64,000 nucleotides of DNA from a virus. Under the pieces are notes generated by a model, which had not been told where the DNA came from, made no database searches, and saw nothing but the letters and a program-made list of their open reading frames with translations. Of this stretch, positions 42,401 through 52,949 are shown piece after piece. The translations under genes were made by a program, and so were the position numbers. Where the stretch lies: UHGV virus genome UHGV-0139776, one strand, 5' to 3'. How positions within the stretch are numbered: position 1 is the stretch's first letter; every line of letters begins with the position of its first letter.

Positions 42401-45400
42401 AGGAAACGATAGGTGATCCGGCGATAGTACAGGTCCATGTCAGTACATACGCGGTCCATATCCCTGATTATTGAGAAGATCGGACGGGCTTTCTCGTGCT
42501 CAATCACGCCGTCTTCATTGACCGAGGTCGTTACGCCATTGTTGGCTTTGGCCGCCGCTTCCGCCTGCTGACGCAATTCTTCATACGCCGCCAGTTGTTC
42601 TTCAGTAAGTGGTGCATCCTGCTGGTGTTCGTCCAGCTCCGGGATCTCCACGGTATCCTTAACGTCTTCCGCCGTTTTAAGCGTTACCCAGCGATGGAAT
42701 ATACCGCGCAGCGCATCAAGGTTTTCAAAGCCCACCAGCGCCATTTTTTCTTCAACTTCACCGCTGATTTTCTGTACCGTTTCCAGCCTGGTCTTGCCGA
42801 AGAATTTAACGAAGTCATCAGGACCGTAGATCCCCATCTTCTGCCAGTATTCCTTCGGCAGAACATGAGAAAGCATGTTGTATGCATCGATCGGGGTGTT
42901 AACGACTGGCGTTGCAGTCAGGAGAACCGGCCCGCGCCCGCCATTCTTTTTCATCAGGTACGCGTTTTTGATTGCCATATCCCGCGCCGATTGCGCCACC
43001 GCGCTGGTGGGCAGATAGGCCAGTTGTGACGCTTCGCGACCATTTTTATAGCTATTGCGGTAGTTGTGGCCTTCGTCGGCGATCACACTATCGAAGCCCA
43101 TATCCTCAAAGTACGGATATTTCTCTGCTTTTTCGGTACCGGTATCTGAATACTCCGACAATACCCGGCGACGCGCCGCCTCTTTACGATGGGAGTCGGA
43201 ATCCATTGCGCTGGCTACGCGCCCGGCGGCAACGAAGTCATAAAGCATGTCTTGTGCATGCTCATCTACGGTGTCATCACGTAGCGGAATGCGGGCGTAT
43301 TGTTCTTTGGTAAACACGACTGCACGGTAGTTTGAGTGCGGGATCGCGTTCATCCGCGCCGTGATAGTGGCTTCATCTGCCAGCTTAAGAGCATCGCGCA
43401 TAACTGGAGTGCCATCAGTACCAAGAACAGGTTTACCGTTCTCATTGAGCACCGGCACCTGGCGAATCTGATCGCCATCCATCAGCACATCAAGACCGAC
43501 GAACAAGTAGTTACTGAATGCCTCTTCACTCAGGAATTCTTTTGCTTCGTAATACCAATTTTCCAGCACTGATTTAGGCACTACATACGCAGTACGGGTA
43601 GAGCGACCGTTCTCATAGTTGAACGCCTCAAGCGCCAGCGCGGTCGTGGTTTTACCCAGCCCGGTGCCGAAGCCCAGGATGCCGCGCCCATCTTCGGACA
43701 GTCGGCGCACCTCGCTATTCTGGTAATCAAATGGCTGGCGCTTACCGCTTAATCCCTTCAACCCAAGCGGATCGCCAGAGTGTTCATACGGGATATTGCT
43801 ATTGAACACATCGTTGTATTTGGCAACCAGCTCATCGTAGCGATCGTGCGTCTTGATCCACTTATTGAACTGGTCCTCAAGCAGTGCCATCTGCTCGCGG
43901 TAGCCGTTCGCCGTCGCGCTATCTTTGCCACCGATACGCGCACCATTGAGATACTTTTCCAGCTGTGCCGGGAACCCGGTCGCGTTTTCACCCGATTTAC
44001 GGTCCCACTCGTAGCGGATCTCGCCTGTTTCTTTATCCTTGCGCTGGACGACACCGTATCGGTGCCCGACGAACAGACCATCACCACCGTGATAGGTGTC
44101 AGAAACCATTTCGTCGCCTTCCAGCTGCACTGACTGCACATAGCGCAGATCCGGATAGCCGTTTTCCTGCAAAAATTCCAGAATGACGGAGCGGTCGAAC
44201 CAACGGCTATTGAGCTTAAAGCGGATATTCTCTGCTGGCGTCTTGATGCGCTTCTCTTCGATCGCTGCCAGCTGATTAAGGACGTTGTTCTTTACTGGAC
44301 CGTCGGGGAGTGTGGCAAGAAATTCCTGTTTTGGAGCCACTATCTCGTTAATGTCGCCGCTGGTGGCGCGGGCGAACGGAACAATCCCGCCATACGGTGA
44401 AACCGCAATACCAGGGGTGCTGGCCAATAAATTAAGCAACTCTTCATCACTGGCTGGCAGTTCGCCGGTAAACGCAAGGCGGAAATCATCGAGCTGGATT
44501 GGATCGCGGGTAAGATCGCTATAGAGATAACGCAGGGTGTCCTGATAGCTGGTGGAGTCATAACTGGCGCTGGAATCATGCGTAACCAGCTTTCCTGTCA
44601 GCTCGTCAGAAATAGTGCCATCCAGCTTAATCGCACCACGGAAAGCAAACCAGGCGCGCGCACCGCTCCCCGACAATTTCGCTATCGGACCGCGACCGGG
44701 GTTACCAAAACGGTCAATCTCTGCCTGCAAACGGGATACCAGAGAAAGGCGCTGCTGTTCGATTTGTTCAGCACTATGCCCGGCGGCCTTCATGTCCTGA
44801 TATTCAATTAACATCCGGCCAATCATCGCCCCGCGATACAAGCGTTCACGGTATTTTTCAGGCTGGCTGTTAATCCAGTCCACCAGCTGCACCATATCGT
44901 CGCTGATTGATGTGGTGTACTTATCGCGGACATTTGCCATCTGGGTAAATGTCATGCCGAGACGGCCTTCTGTTGTAGTCAGGTTACGCTGAAGAGCCTC
45001 CCAGCTATCCGCGCCATAACTGGCAGCATCGATCTTAAGTTCCTTCCCGGCATCAGCTTCAATCCAGCGACCACCAGCATATTTTTGCCATACGCCACTA
45101 ATCAGGCGCATTTCCCCTTCACCAACAACGTCTGCGGTCGGTGACGGTTCAGCCATATCGAGCAAAGACCAGTCGATACGGCTTTCGAAACGATGAATCA
45201 GCTTCGCTTTAAGAGCCTGGTTATCAATCTGACCGTCGGCACGAACCTCAATACGCCCCTGGAAGCCCTTTTCCTGGGTGCCATGAACAAACCGGCGGCC
45301 GTCCTTTTCAAACCACTTGCCAGAAATAAACGTTGGCCAAAGCACATTTGCCGATTCGAGAGTGCTTTCATCCACCAGGGGGATTTTCTCAGCCATCTCT

Positions 45401-46230
45401 GCCGGATGTTTGCGCATCAGCACCACATCAACGACTGTACTGGTCCCGTTTGCGTCAAAAGTACCGGTAGGCAAGCGGTGAGCGCCAAGAAATTCAGCTT
45501 TCCGTGATAGGCGCAGGCGTAACCGCTTCATGTTTGAACCTGAAACAATGGACGGCGGCACAATCACACACATGAATCCGCCAGGCTTTATCTTGTCCAG
45601 CATGCGGAGCATGAAGTAAGAACCCATGTCCGTTTCTTCTGCGTAAGGCTTATCGATGTTGCGTGTGTTATCACGACCGCCGAACGGAACGTTACCCACA
45701 ACATGGTCGAATGAATCGTTAGGCGTGTTTATAGCCAGCTGTTCGAACGGGGAAATCTGTACGCTGTCTTCCGGGTGTAACAACTGGTTTATACGACCGG
45801 AAACACTGCTGATCTCAGTCGCGGTCATCACCGTACCAACCGGTTTTGTCTCATTAAAAACGCCGGTTCCCGCCGATGGTTCCAGAGTGTTACCTACGTC
45901 CGCGCCGTAGAGCTTCATGATCTCCCAGACACCTTCAGCGATAGGCTTTGGTGTGTAATATTCGGAGACGGACCCGCCAATGCCGCCTTCACCAGTGTAC
46001 CCGGCCAGGATCTGGCGCTGTTCATCTGTCAGTGTCGCGCCGTCCACCAGCGAATTAAGCAAATCTATCGCCTTCTGATTCGCCTCCCGGCGCAGTCGGT
46101 CATAGCTTTTGCCTTCCACCTTTTCCACGCCGTATTTAATCGGCGCTCGGTGAGATGTTATTGCCCTAATGTATTTCAATATTTCGCTGACACTTGAACA
46201 GCGAAACACACCCATAGATAGCTTGTTCAT
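39463..46230 (-). CDS. darB: DarB antirestriction protein (methyltransferase-helicase fusion)
   Basis: 2255 aa; N-terminal MTase motif NVPFGG, SF2 helicase motifs GTGLGKTT and DEGHNY. Confidence 0.9.
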   Translation of the reverse strand: MNKLSMGVFRCSSVSEILKYIRAITSHRAPIKYGVEKVEGKSYDRLRREANQKAIDLLNSLVDGATLTDEQRQILAGYTGEGGIGGSVSEYYTPKPIAEGVWEIMKLYGADVGNTLEPSAGTGVFNETKPVGTVMTATEISSVSGRINQLLHPEDSVQISPFEQLAINTPNDSFDHVVGNVPFGGRDNTRNIDKPYAEETDMGSYFMLRMLDKIKPGGFMCVIVPPSIVSGSNMKRLRLRLSRKAEFLGAHRLPTGTFDANGTSTVVDVVLMRKHPAEMAEKIPLVDESTLESANVLWPTFISGKWFEKDGRRFVHGTQEKGFQGRIEVRADGQIDNQALKAKLIHRFESRIDWSLLDMAEPSPTADVVGEGEMRLISGVWQKYAGGRWIEADAGKELKIDAASYGADSWEALQRNLTTTEGRLGMTFTQMANVRDKYTTSISDDMVQLVDWINSQPEKYRERLYRGAMIGRMLIEYQDMKAAGHSAEQIEQQRLSLVSRLQAEIDRFGNPGRGPIAKLSGSGARAWFAFRGAIKLDGTISDELTGKLVTHDSSASYDSTSYQDTLRYLYSDLTRDPIQLDDFRLAFTGELPASDEELLNLLASTPGIAVSPYGGIVPFARATSGDINEIVAPKQEFLATLPDGPVKNNVLNQLAAIEEKRIKTPAENIRFKLNSRWFDRSVILEFLQENGYPDLRYVQSVQLEGDEMVSDTYHGGDGLFVGHRYGVVQRKDKETGEIRYEWDRKSGENATGFPAQLEKYLNGARIGGKDSATANGYREQMALLEDQFNKWIKTHDRYDELVAKYNDVFNSNIPYEHSGDPLGLKGLSGKRQPFDYQNSEVRRLSEDGRGILGFGTGLGKTTTALALEAFNYENGRSTRTAYVVPKSVLENWYYEAKEFLSEEAFSNYLFVGLDVLMDGDQIRQVPVLNENGKPVLGTDGTPVMRDALKLADEATITARMNAIPHSNYRAVVFTKEQYARIPLRDDTVDEHAQDMLYDFVAAGRVASAMDSDSHRKEAARRRVLSEYSDTGTEKAEKYPYFEDMGFDSVIADEGHNYRNSYKNGREASQLAYLPTSAVAQSARDMAIKNAYLMKKNGGRGPVLLTATPVVNTPIDAYNMLSHVLPKEYWQKMGIYGPDDFVKFFGKTRLETVQKISGEVEEKMALVGFENLDALRGIFHRWVTLKTAEDVKDTVEIPELDEHQQDAPLTEEQLAAYEELRQQAEAAAKANNGVTTSVNEDGVIEHEKARPIFSIIRDMDRVCTDMDLYYRRITYRFLPEYADAVQQLADSLPKQATSEDDDSDDLITQQSQYSLIDKGEFIQLQVPEAFEQEVNKRLARFGIDEQTVTHPVTPKYAKLIATLKEFFPEGKQIIFTDEKTQHQKLKRIICNALNLEPSKVGILNAQTVAEAGKTGKKLKAVKPPKELPDEPTDAQIAKYNEQMALYDAYIAQQNEMSLGGLEKIAADFQEGRTPIIICNKKAEVGINLHRGTTDIHHLTLPWTPASIAQRNGRGARVGSNRASVRVHYYCGKGSFDEYRLKTLKRKAGWISDILRSDKSEMENADANDMIEMQMYTAKDDGERLAMMQVQMDKAKAAQRARQKEQATIDLQNYIKAQHAAGEDVEVLTAELERSKAELEKTTAEVAKFKQAAMAKAADNADWKARWGSVHHTDRMLLAQYRASLKSAIQRKANISQAISRYEKLLNRTQKAATDIKRLRPLVEDALNKGILDVDPDLVNHASEFLVIGDRSWRVGQYYDCAGDIVRIKSLDFDSQRADVEIIFTFKGTKSGNWDVKTLDKQVDVTPDEDAVMQKISGGVSIAGINDIVSCDDFYRFQQRGMIKITDSYGVQTTESGYSIDFVGTYTDPLKHAVYPDRRDGALKSSIAKWVLGMMSEGNNRQIRSAEAFLVELFGSNYGDVIASYGDTLSPEAIQEKIADAIARMPEKTSQGATRNGDSELEVTNAIFGTNEFRASDYEITTAQFGTIGIYSNKDEIKQAMDAASARIAAERKVNLNHAVAALTQSWVTAIREAATTGKITPAIADVVNDGSKFMDAYKMDAVQLPSAYGQLSYRMTYNLVSMFTDLAILGLVDLNEVTPELLSMRKNHVEILHRINMVLAGRTDEEKQADADRINLALGNITEEEIAARNEKQEELSSIQGDATSIAQSLGLNYRVSTADLKMMYAPKFAAGEVFGLQEASGMKGVLFRAKDAIKAKFGARWLPAKAKNSDFPGNWWIIETKHNVADVLAVIQQYA

Positions 46231-46296
46231 TGGTAATCCTTAACAAGTGACTAGTGTTAAATTCCGTTCAAACACGATGCGAATTATTCTAATTAA

Positions 46297-49027
<2,731 letters not shown>

Positions 49028-49071
49028 CCACCAAAAATAACCCCGGCAGCTGCCGGGGTTCTCGTTAACTA

Positions 49072-49326
49072 TTATCGCCTTCGTGCCATATATTTGCGCA
49101 CCGCGCGGCGTGGACAATCTGAAGCGGTTTCTTTCTGCTGCATCAATCTCGCAGCCATGCTCAAAAATGTCAGGCACAGCCGAAGCCCGGCATACAATAG
49201 CGGTTCCAGTGGCCACGTCTCATTGAGCACATATACCGCCATGAAAATCGAGTCAAAAACTATCGCCGCCAGCGATAACTTCATTGTCGAAAGTCGGCGG
49301 AGCTGCCGGAGTTTATTCATTGACAA
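49072..49326 (-). CDS. hypothetical small protein downstream of lyz
   Basis: 84-aa ORF overlapping lyz stop; weak. Confidence 0.25.
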   Translation of the reverse strand: MSMNKLRQLRRLSTMKLSLAAIVFDSIFMAVYVLNETWPLEPLLYAGLRLCLTFLSMAARLMQQKETASDCPRRAVRKYMARRR

Positions 49327-49870
49327 GCCCCGTCAGGCAAAGCTGGCGTTCTTTTTCACGGCGAATCTTTAAACCTCGCAGGGGCACGCCGTTACTGTTC
49401 ACGAAATCAGGGAGATGGTTACACATATTCACCCATTCCCCTTTCTGCGCCCACTTGTGGATGGACGTTTCTACTCGCATGCCTCGCGCTTTGCTGTAGT
49501 AGGTCCGTAAGCTATTGCATCCCATATTGAATGCCGCGCTTGTCATTGCACTGAAGGCATTATCGGGCATGTCTTTGCCCCGGAAGTGCTGATTAATACA
49601 GCGTTCAGCGATCAGGATATTCTTTTCCCAATCAGCGGCGATTTGCTGGTCGGTTTTTCGCACACCCGGCGTTACCCCGTGTGTATTACCGATCCCGTCA
49701 GTCCATACCCCCGCCGGGCACATGTATGGATCACGTCGGCAACCTTCAGCGTTACCAATCAGCTCAAGCCCCGCCTGGTTGGTTCGCACATTGCCATTAC
49801 CCATCACGATGGTAATCATCACCGCGATAGCGCAAATTGCACCGCCTCCTGCGGCTGTTTTTCCCTTCAT
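49313..49870 (-). CDS. lyz: SAR endolysin (T4-lysozyme fold)
   Basis: 185 aa from MKGK; N-terminal Gly/Ala-rich TM-like SAR domain AICAIAVMITIVMG then CRRDPYMCPAGVWTDGIGNTHG. Confidence 0.85.
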   Translation of the reverse strand: MKGKTAAGGGAICAIAVMITIVMGNGNVRTNQAGLELIGNAEGCRRDPYMCPAGVWTDGIGNTHGVTPGVRKTDQQIAADWEKNILIAERCINQHFRGKDMPDNAFSAMTSAAFNMGCNSLRTYYSKARGMRVETSIHKWAQKGEWVNMCNHLPDFVNSNGVPLRGLKIRREKERQLCLTGLVNE

Positions 49871-50003
49871 AAAGACCTCATAAGCGAATTTTTTACGCTC
49901 CAGGACAAACACTCATTCACAGCCAATACCGACTGACTCGATCCCTTTAGAAGGCACAGGATAATGCAAATCACTTGTTAGCCACGTTTCAAAGATATAC
50001 ATT

Positions 50004-50020
50004 ATTGCTCTAATTAATTT
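50004..50020 (+). promoter_or_regulatory. C1 operator-like site
   Basis: ATTGCTCTAATTAATTT 20 bp upstream of ssb. Confidence 0.6.
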
Positions 50021-50039
50021 ATTTTATTAGGTAAGAAAA

Positions 50040-50528
50040 GTGGCACAACGCGGTGTAAACAAAGTCATCCTGATTGGTACCCTGGGGCAAGACCCGGAGA
50101 TCAGGTATATACCAAATGGCGGCGCAGTCGGAAGACTCAGCATCGCAACGAATGAATCATGGCGCGATAAGCAAACGGGCCAACAGAAAGAGCAAACAGA
50201 ATGGCATAAAGTCGTTTTGTTCGGAAAACTTGCTGAAATTGCGAGTGAGTATTTACGAAAAGGTTCTCAGGTCTACATCGAAGGGAAACTTAAAACCCGT
50301 AAGTGGACTGATGACGCCGGTGTAGAACGTTACACGACGGAAATTATCGTCAGCCAGGGCGGCACCATGCAAATGATCGGCACTCGCCGCGACGATTCAC
50401 AGTCCTCAAATGGCTGGGGGCAGTCAAACCAACCTCAAAACCACCAGCAATACAGCGGTGGCGGCAAACCTCAGAGCAGCGCCAATAACGAACCTCCAAT
50501 GGACTTTGAAGACGATATTCCGTTTTAG
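50040..50528 (+). CDS. ssb: single-stranded DNA-binding protein
   Basis: OB-fold N-terminus [15 protein letters not shown]..., Gly/Gln-rich linker, acidic tail DFEDDIPF. Confidence 0.92.
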   Translation: MAQRGVNKVILIGTLGQDPEIRYIPNGGAVGRLSIATNESWRDKQTGQQKEQTEWHKVVLFGKLAEIASEYLRKGSQVYIEGKLKTRKWTDDAGVERYTTEIIVSQGGTMQMIGTRRDDSQSSNGWGQSNQPQNHQQYSGGGKPQSSANNEPPMDFEDDIPF

Positions 50529-50730
50529 AGTTTATGAGTAAAAAACGACTGAAAGAAAAGCGGTGGTCCAAACGCCAACAAAAGCACGAACTCGCTAAAA
50601 AACGCCAAAGTTGGCAATGGCACGCGTTTTTAACGAACAGAACACCACGAGATATTGCTTTCGCTGGTGGGAAAACATTCCTAACCCACCTGAAGACGCA
50701 ATACATCAGTTTTTAAGCAGAGAAAAGACT

Positions 50731-51519
50731 ATGACAGCACAAAATACTAAAACCATTCAATACTGCCTACGTAATGGCCAGAGTGTCGAAGTGACCATCA
50801 ATAATGATGGAGTACCTGGCGAAAAGGTTTCTATCTCTGATCTGGCTATCGAAAAAACCATCATGTGCCACCTTGGCTTTACTGAAGAAGTGAGCAAAAA
50901 GCATGGTGTAGCAATCTGGAGCGCAATGGATACTGGTATGCGCAAATTCATTACTGCTCGTACCCCAGGGATGACCATGATGGACCTCATGCAGATTGCG
51001 CCGCTGTTTGAATGTGAGCCTTTAGATGTATTCAGCAATCCAGCTATCTGCCAGCAGTTATATGGTGAGATGAAACTCGCGGTTACCCCCATTGTGCTGC
51101 ATGAAGGATCGCTTGCTGGCGTGTGGAAAGTAGAGCGTATTTCAAGCTACATGCCTTTCCATGTCAACGGCGTAATCACTGGTGAAAATCAACCTGTTTC
51201 CGTTATAAAGTCAGACCTCAAGCGCGCAATTCTTGAAGCAAGTTGTCGAGTTGTCGGCCTGGGCAAACAGTCTTATGTTTCCTTCCCGGCTGGCCCTGAA
51301 GGCCCGGCAGAAATTCTGATTATGGATGCCGATCTGCTATGGCAAATACAGTTTCTGATTGGCAAAAGCATCATCCGCGCTGAAGAACTCGATCAGTACA
51401 TTACCTGCACGATGACGGATGAAGTCAAAAGTGTGGCTATAGCCAATGCCCGGAACCTATGTCGTGCTGCATTAACAGAACTGCAAGAAAACACCACGGA
51501 AGAGGTGGAAAGTGATTAA
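50731..51519 (+). CDS. hypothetical protein
   Basis: 263-aa ORF from ATG 50731; stop overlaps next gene. Confidence 0.5.
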   Translation: MTAQNTKTIQYCLRNGQSVEVTINNDGVPGEKVSISDLAIEKTIMCHLGFTEEVSKKHGVAIWSAMDTGMRKFITARTPGMTMMDLMQIAPLFECEPLDVFSNPAICQQLYGEMKLAVTPIVLHEGSLAGVWKVERISSYMPFHVNGVITGENQPVSVIKSDLKRAILEASCRVVGLGKQSYVSFPAGPEGPAEILIMDADLLWQIQFLIGKSIIRAEELDQYITCTMTDEVKSVAIANARNLCRAALTELQENTTEEVESD

Positions 51520-52606
51520 TCGTATACAGAATGAATCTGCCTGGTTAGCACTGATAGAACGGTATAAAGACAATTGGGAACTGGCAGCAAAAGAGTTGCT
51601 TGATATTGAGTTAACACCTCATCAAGCAAAAATTATTAACGCGATAAAGAACACCGGAGCCAAAATCACTGCCACCACACCACATGGTATTGGGGAAACC
51701 TCTATTGTGGCAGTGATTAGCATCCTGCAAACAATACTGTATTCGTGTTCCCGTACAGTGGTTGTTTCTCCTGCGATTAACGATTGTCGAAAAACAATAA
51801 TTGACTATATGTTCCGTTATTGGGAGCGAGTTACCCAAAAACACCCTTTTCTTGGCAATTATTTCAGAATACACCCTGACAAAGGGTTGGTGCATATCAG
51901 TGAAACATGGGGATGCGTCTATATAACCTATTGTCTGAATAACGAAGAGTCTCTGGCTGGTTTTACTGGACCGCACGATCTTTTCATCGTTATTAACTCG
52001 GCGGAAATCAGCGATCGCGCTCATGCAGTGATAACTGGCAATTTAACCAATTATGACTCGCGCCTGCTGTTGCTGTCGAAACCATCGGAACGCGAGAAAG
52101 GGTACTTTTATGATTCGCATCACCGGTTGGCCCATAGTAAAAACAATCCTGCTGGTTTTTTCACGGCGATAACTCTAAACACAGAGGATTCACCTCTCGT
52201 TTCTGAAGCATATCTTGAATTCAAAGCCAAAGAGTTTGGTGGGCGCAATAGCGATGAATATCGCCGATTGATCTTGGGGAAATTCCCCGGGATTCGGGAG
52301 TTGATGGAAAAGTCATCTGTTCCCCGTAATATGCACTTCACAATGACTGACGGTAGTAAATGGGTAGTGCCTACGATCGTGATCGCCAAACACCATGCGA
52401 AACATCACGCTCAAAAACACAACTCCAGCACATTAGACTGGCTGAAGGCCTATACAATACCGTTATTCTCGGCAAACCATAACGCTATAACTGAATGGGC
52501 TAAACAAATCCCCTGGCAGGATGTGGCTGAAGAGGCATTTGTCGAAAAACCACCAAGAGATATGCACGAGCACTGTTGGCTGACATCAGAAAAGAGTTTC
52601 TCGTGA
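51512..52606 (+). CDS. PacB-paralogous terminase-ATPase-like protein, motifs degenerate
   Basis: about 50% identical to PacB residues 1-300 in this window, but Walker A is HGIGETS (K to E) and Walker B is IVINSAE (DE to NS); nuclease domain absent. Confidence 0.7.
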   Translation: MINRIQNESAWLALIERYKDNWELAAKELLDIELTPHQAKIINAIKNTGAKITATTPHGIGETSIVAVISILQTILYSCSRTVVVSPAINDCRKTIIDYMFRYWERVTQKHPFLGNYFRIHPDKGLVHISETWGCVYITYCLNNEESLAGFTGPHDLFIVINSAEISDRAHAVITGNLTNYDSRLLLLSKPSEREKGYFYDSHHRLAHSKNNPAGFFTAITLNTEDSPLVSEAYLEFKAKEFGGRNSDEYRRLILGKFPGIRELMEKSSVPRNMHFTMTDGSKWVVPTIVIAKHHAKHHAQKHNSSTLDWLKAYTIPLFSANHNAITEWAKQIPWQDVAEEAFVEKPPRDMHEHCWLTSEKSFS

Positions 52607-52637
52607 GGTAAAAATCCCGCCAATTGGCGGGATTTCT

Positions 52638-52949
52638 TCAATATACGATCTGGTCTACATGATCACCAAAATCATCGTCGTCGTCGTCCTCATCGCCACC
52701 ATCTACTGCTGGCCAATCAACAAACCAGCCAGCGTAAAGATGCAGCGTTCGGAGAACATCACTTGCGGGAGCATCAAGGGTGTTAACGAATCCCATATAG
52801 CTATTGGGATTTGCCCCAGCTATGGCTTCAGCGATCATGTCCTCGGTAATGTCACCGGAGATAATGCTTAAACGCCCGGAAACTTCTTCATTATCATCAA
52901 ATTCGATAATGGCATCTCCGCCTAATGGCGCTGCGATTTTAATCTGCAT
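52638..52949 (-). CDS. acidic hypothetical protein
   Basis: 103-aa ORF with poly-Asp tail, last gene of the darA operon. Confidence 0.5.
   Translation of the reverse strand: MQIKIAAPLGGDAIIEFDDNEEVSGRLSIISGDITEDMIAEAIAGANPNSYMGFVNTLDAPASDVLRTLHLYAGWFVDWPAVDGGDEDDDDDDFGDHVDQIVY

Noticed and set aside
39594-46230. Numerous 60-180-aa ORFs on both strands inside the darB gene
   Set aside because: They lie within or antisense to a continuous 2255-aa ORF with clear methyltransferase and helicase motifs; they are by-products of the long high-GC gene.
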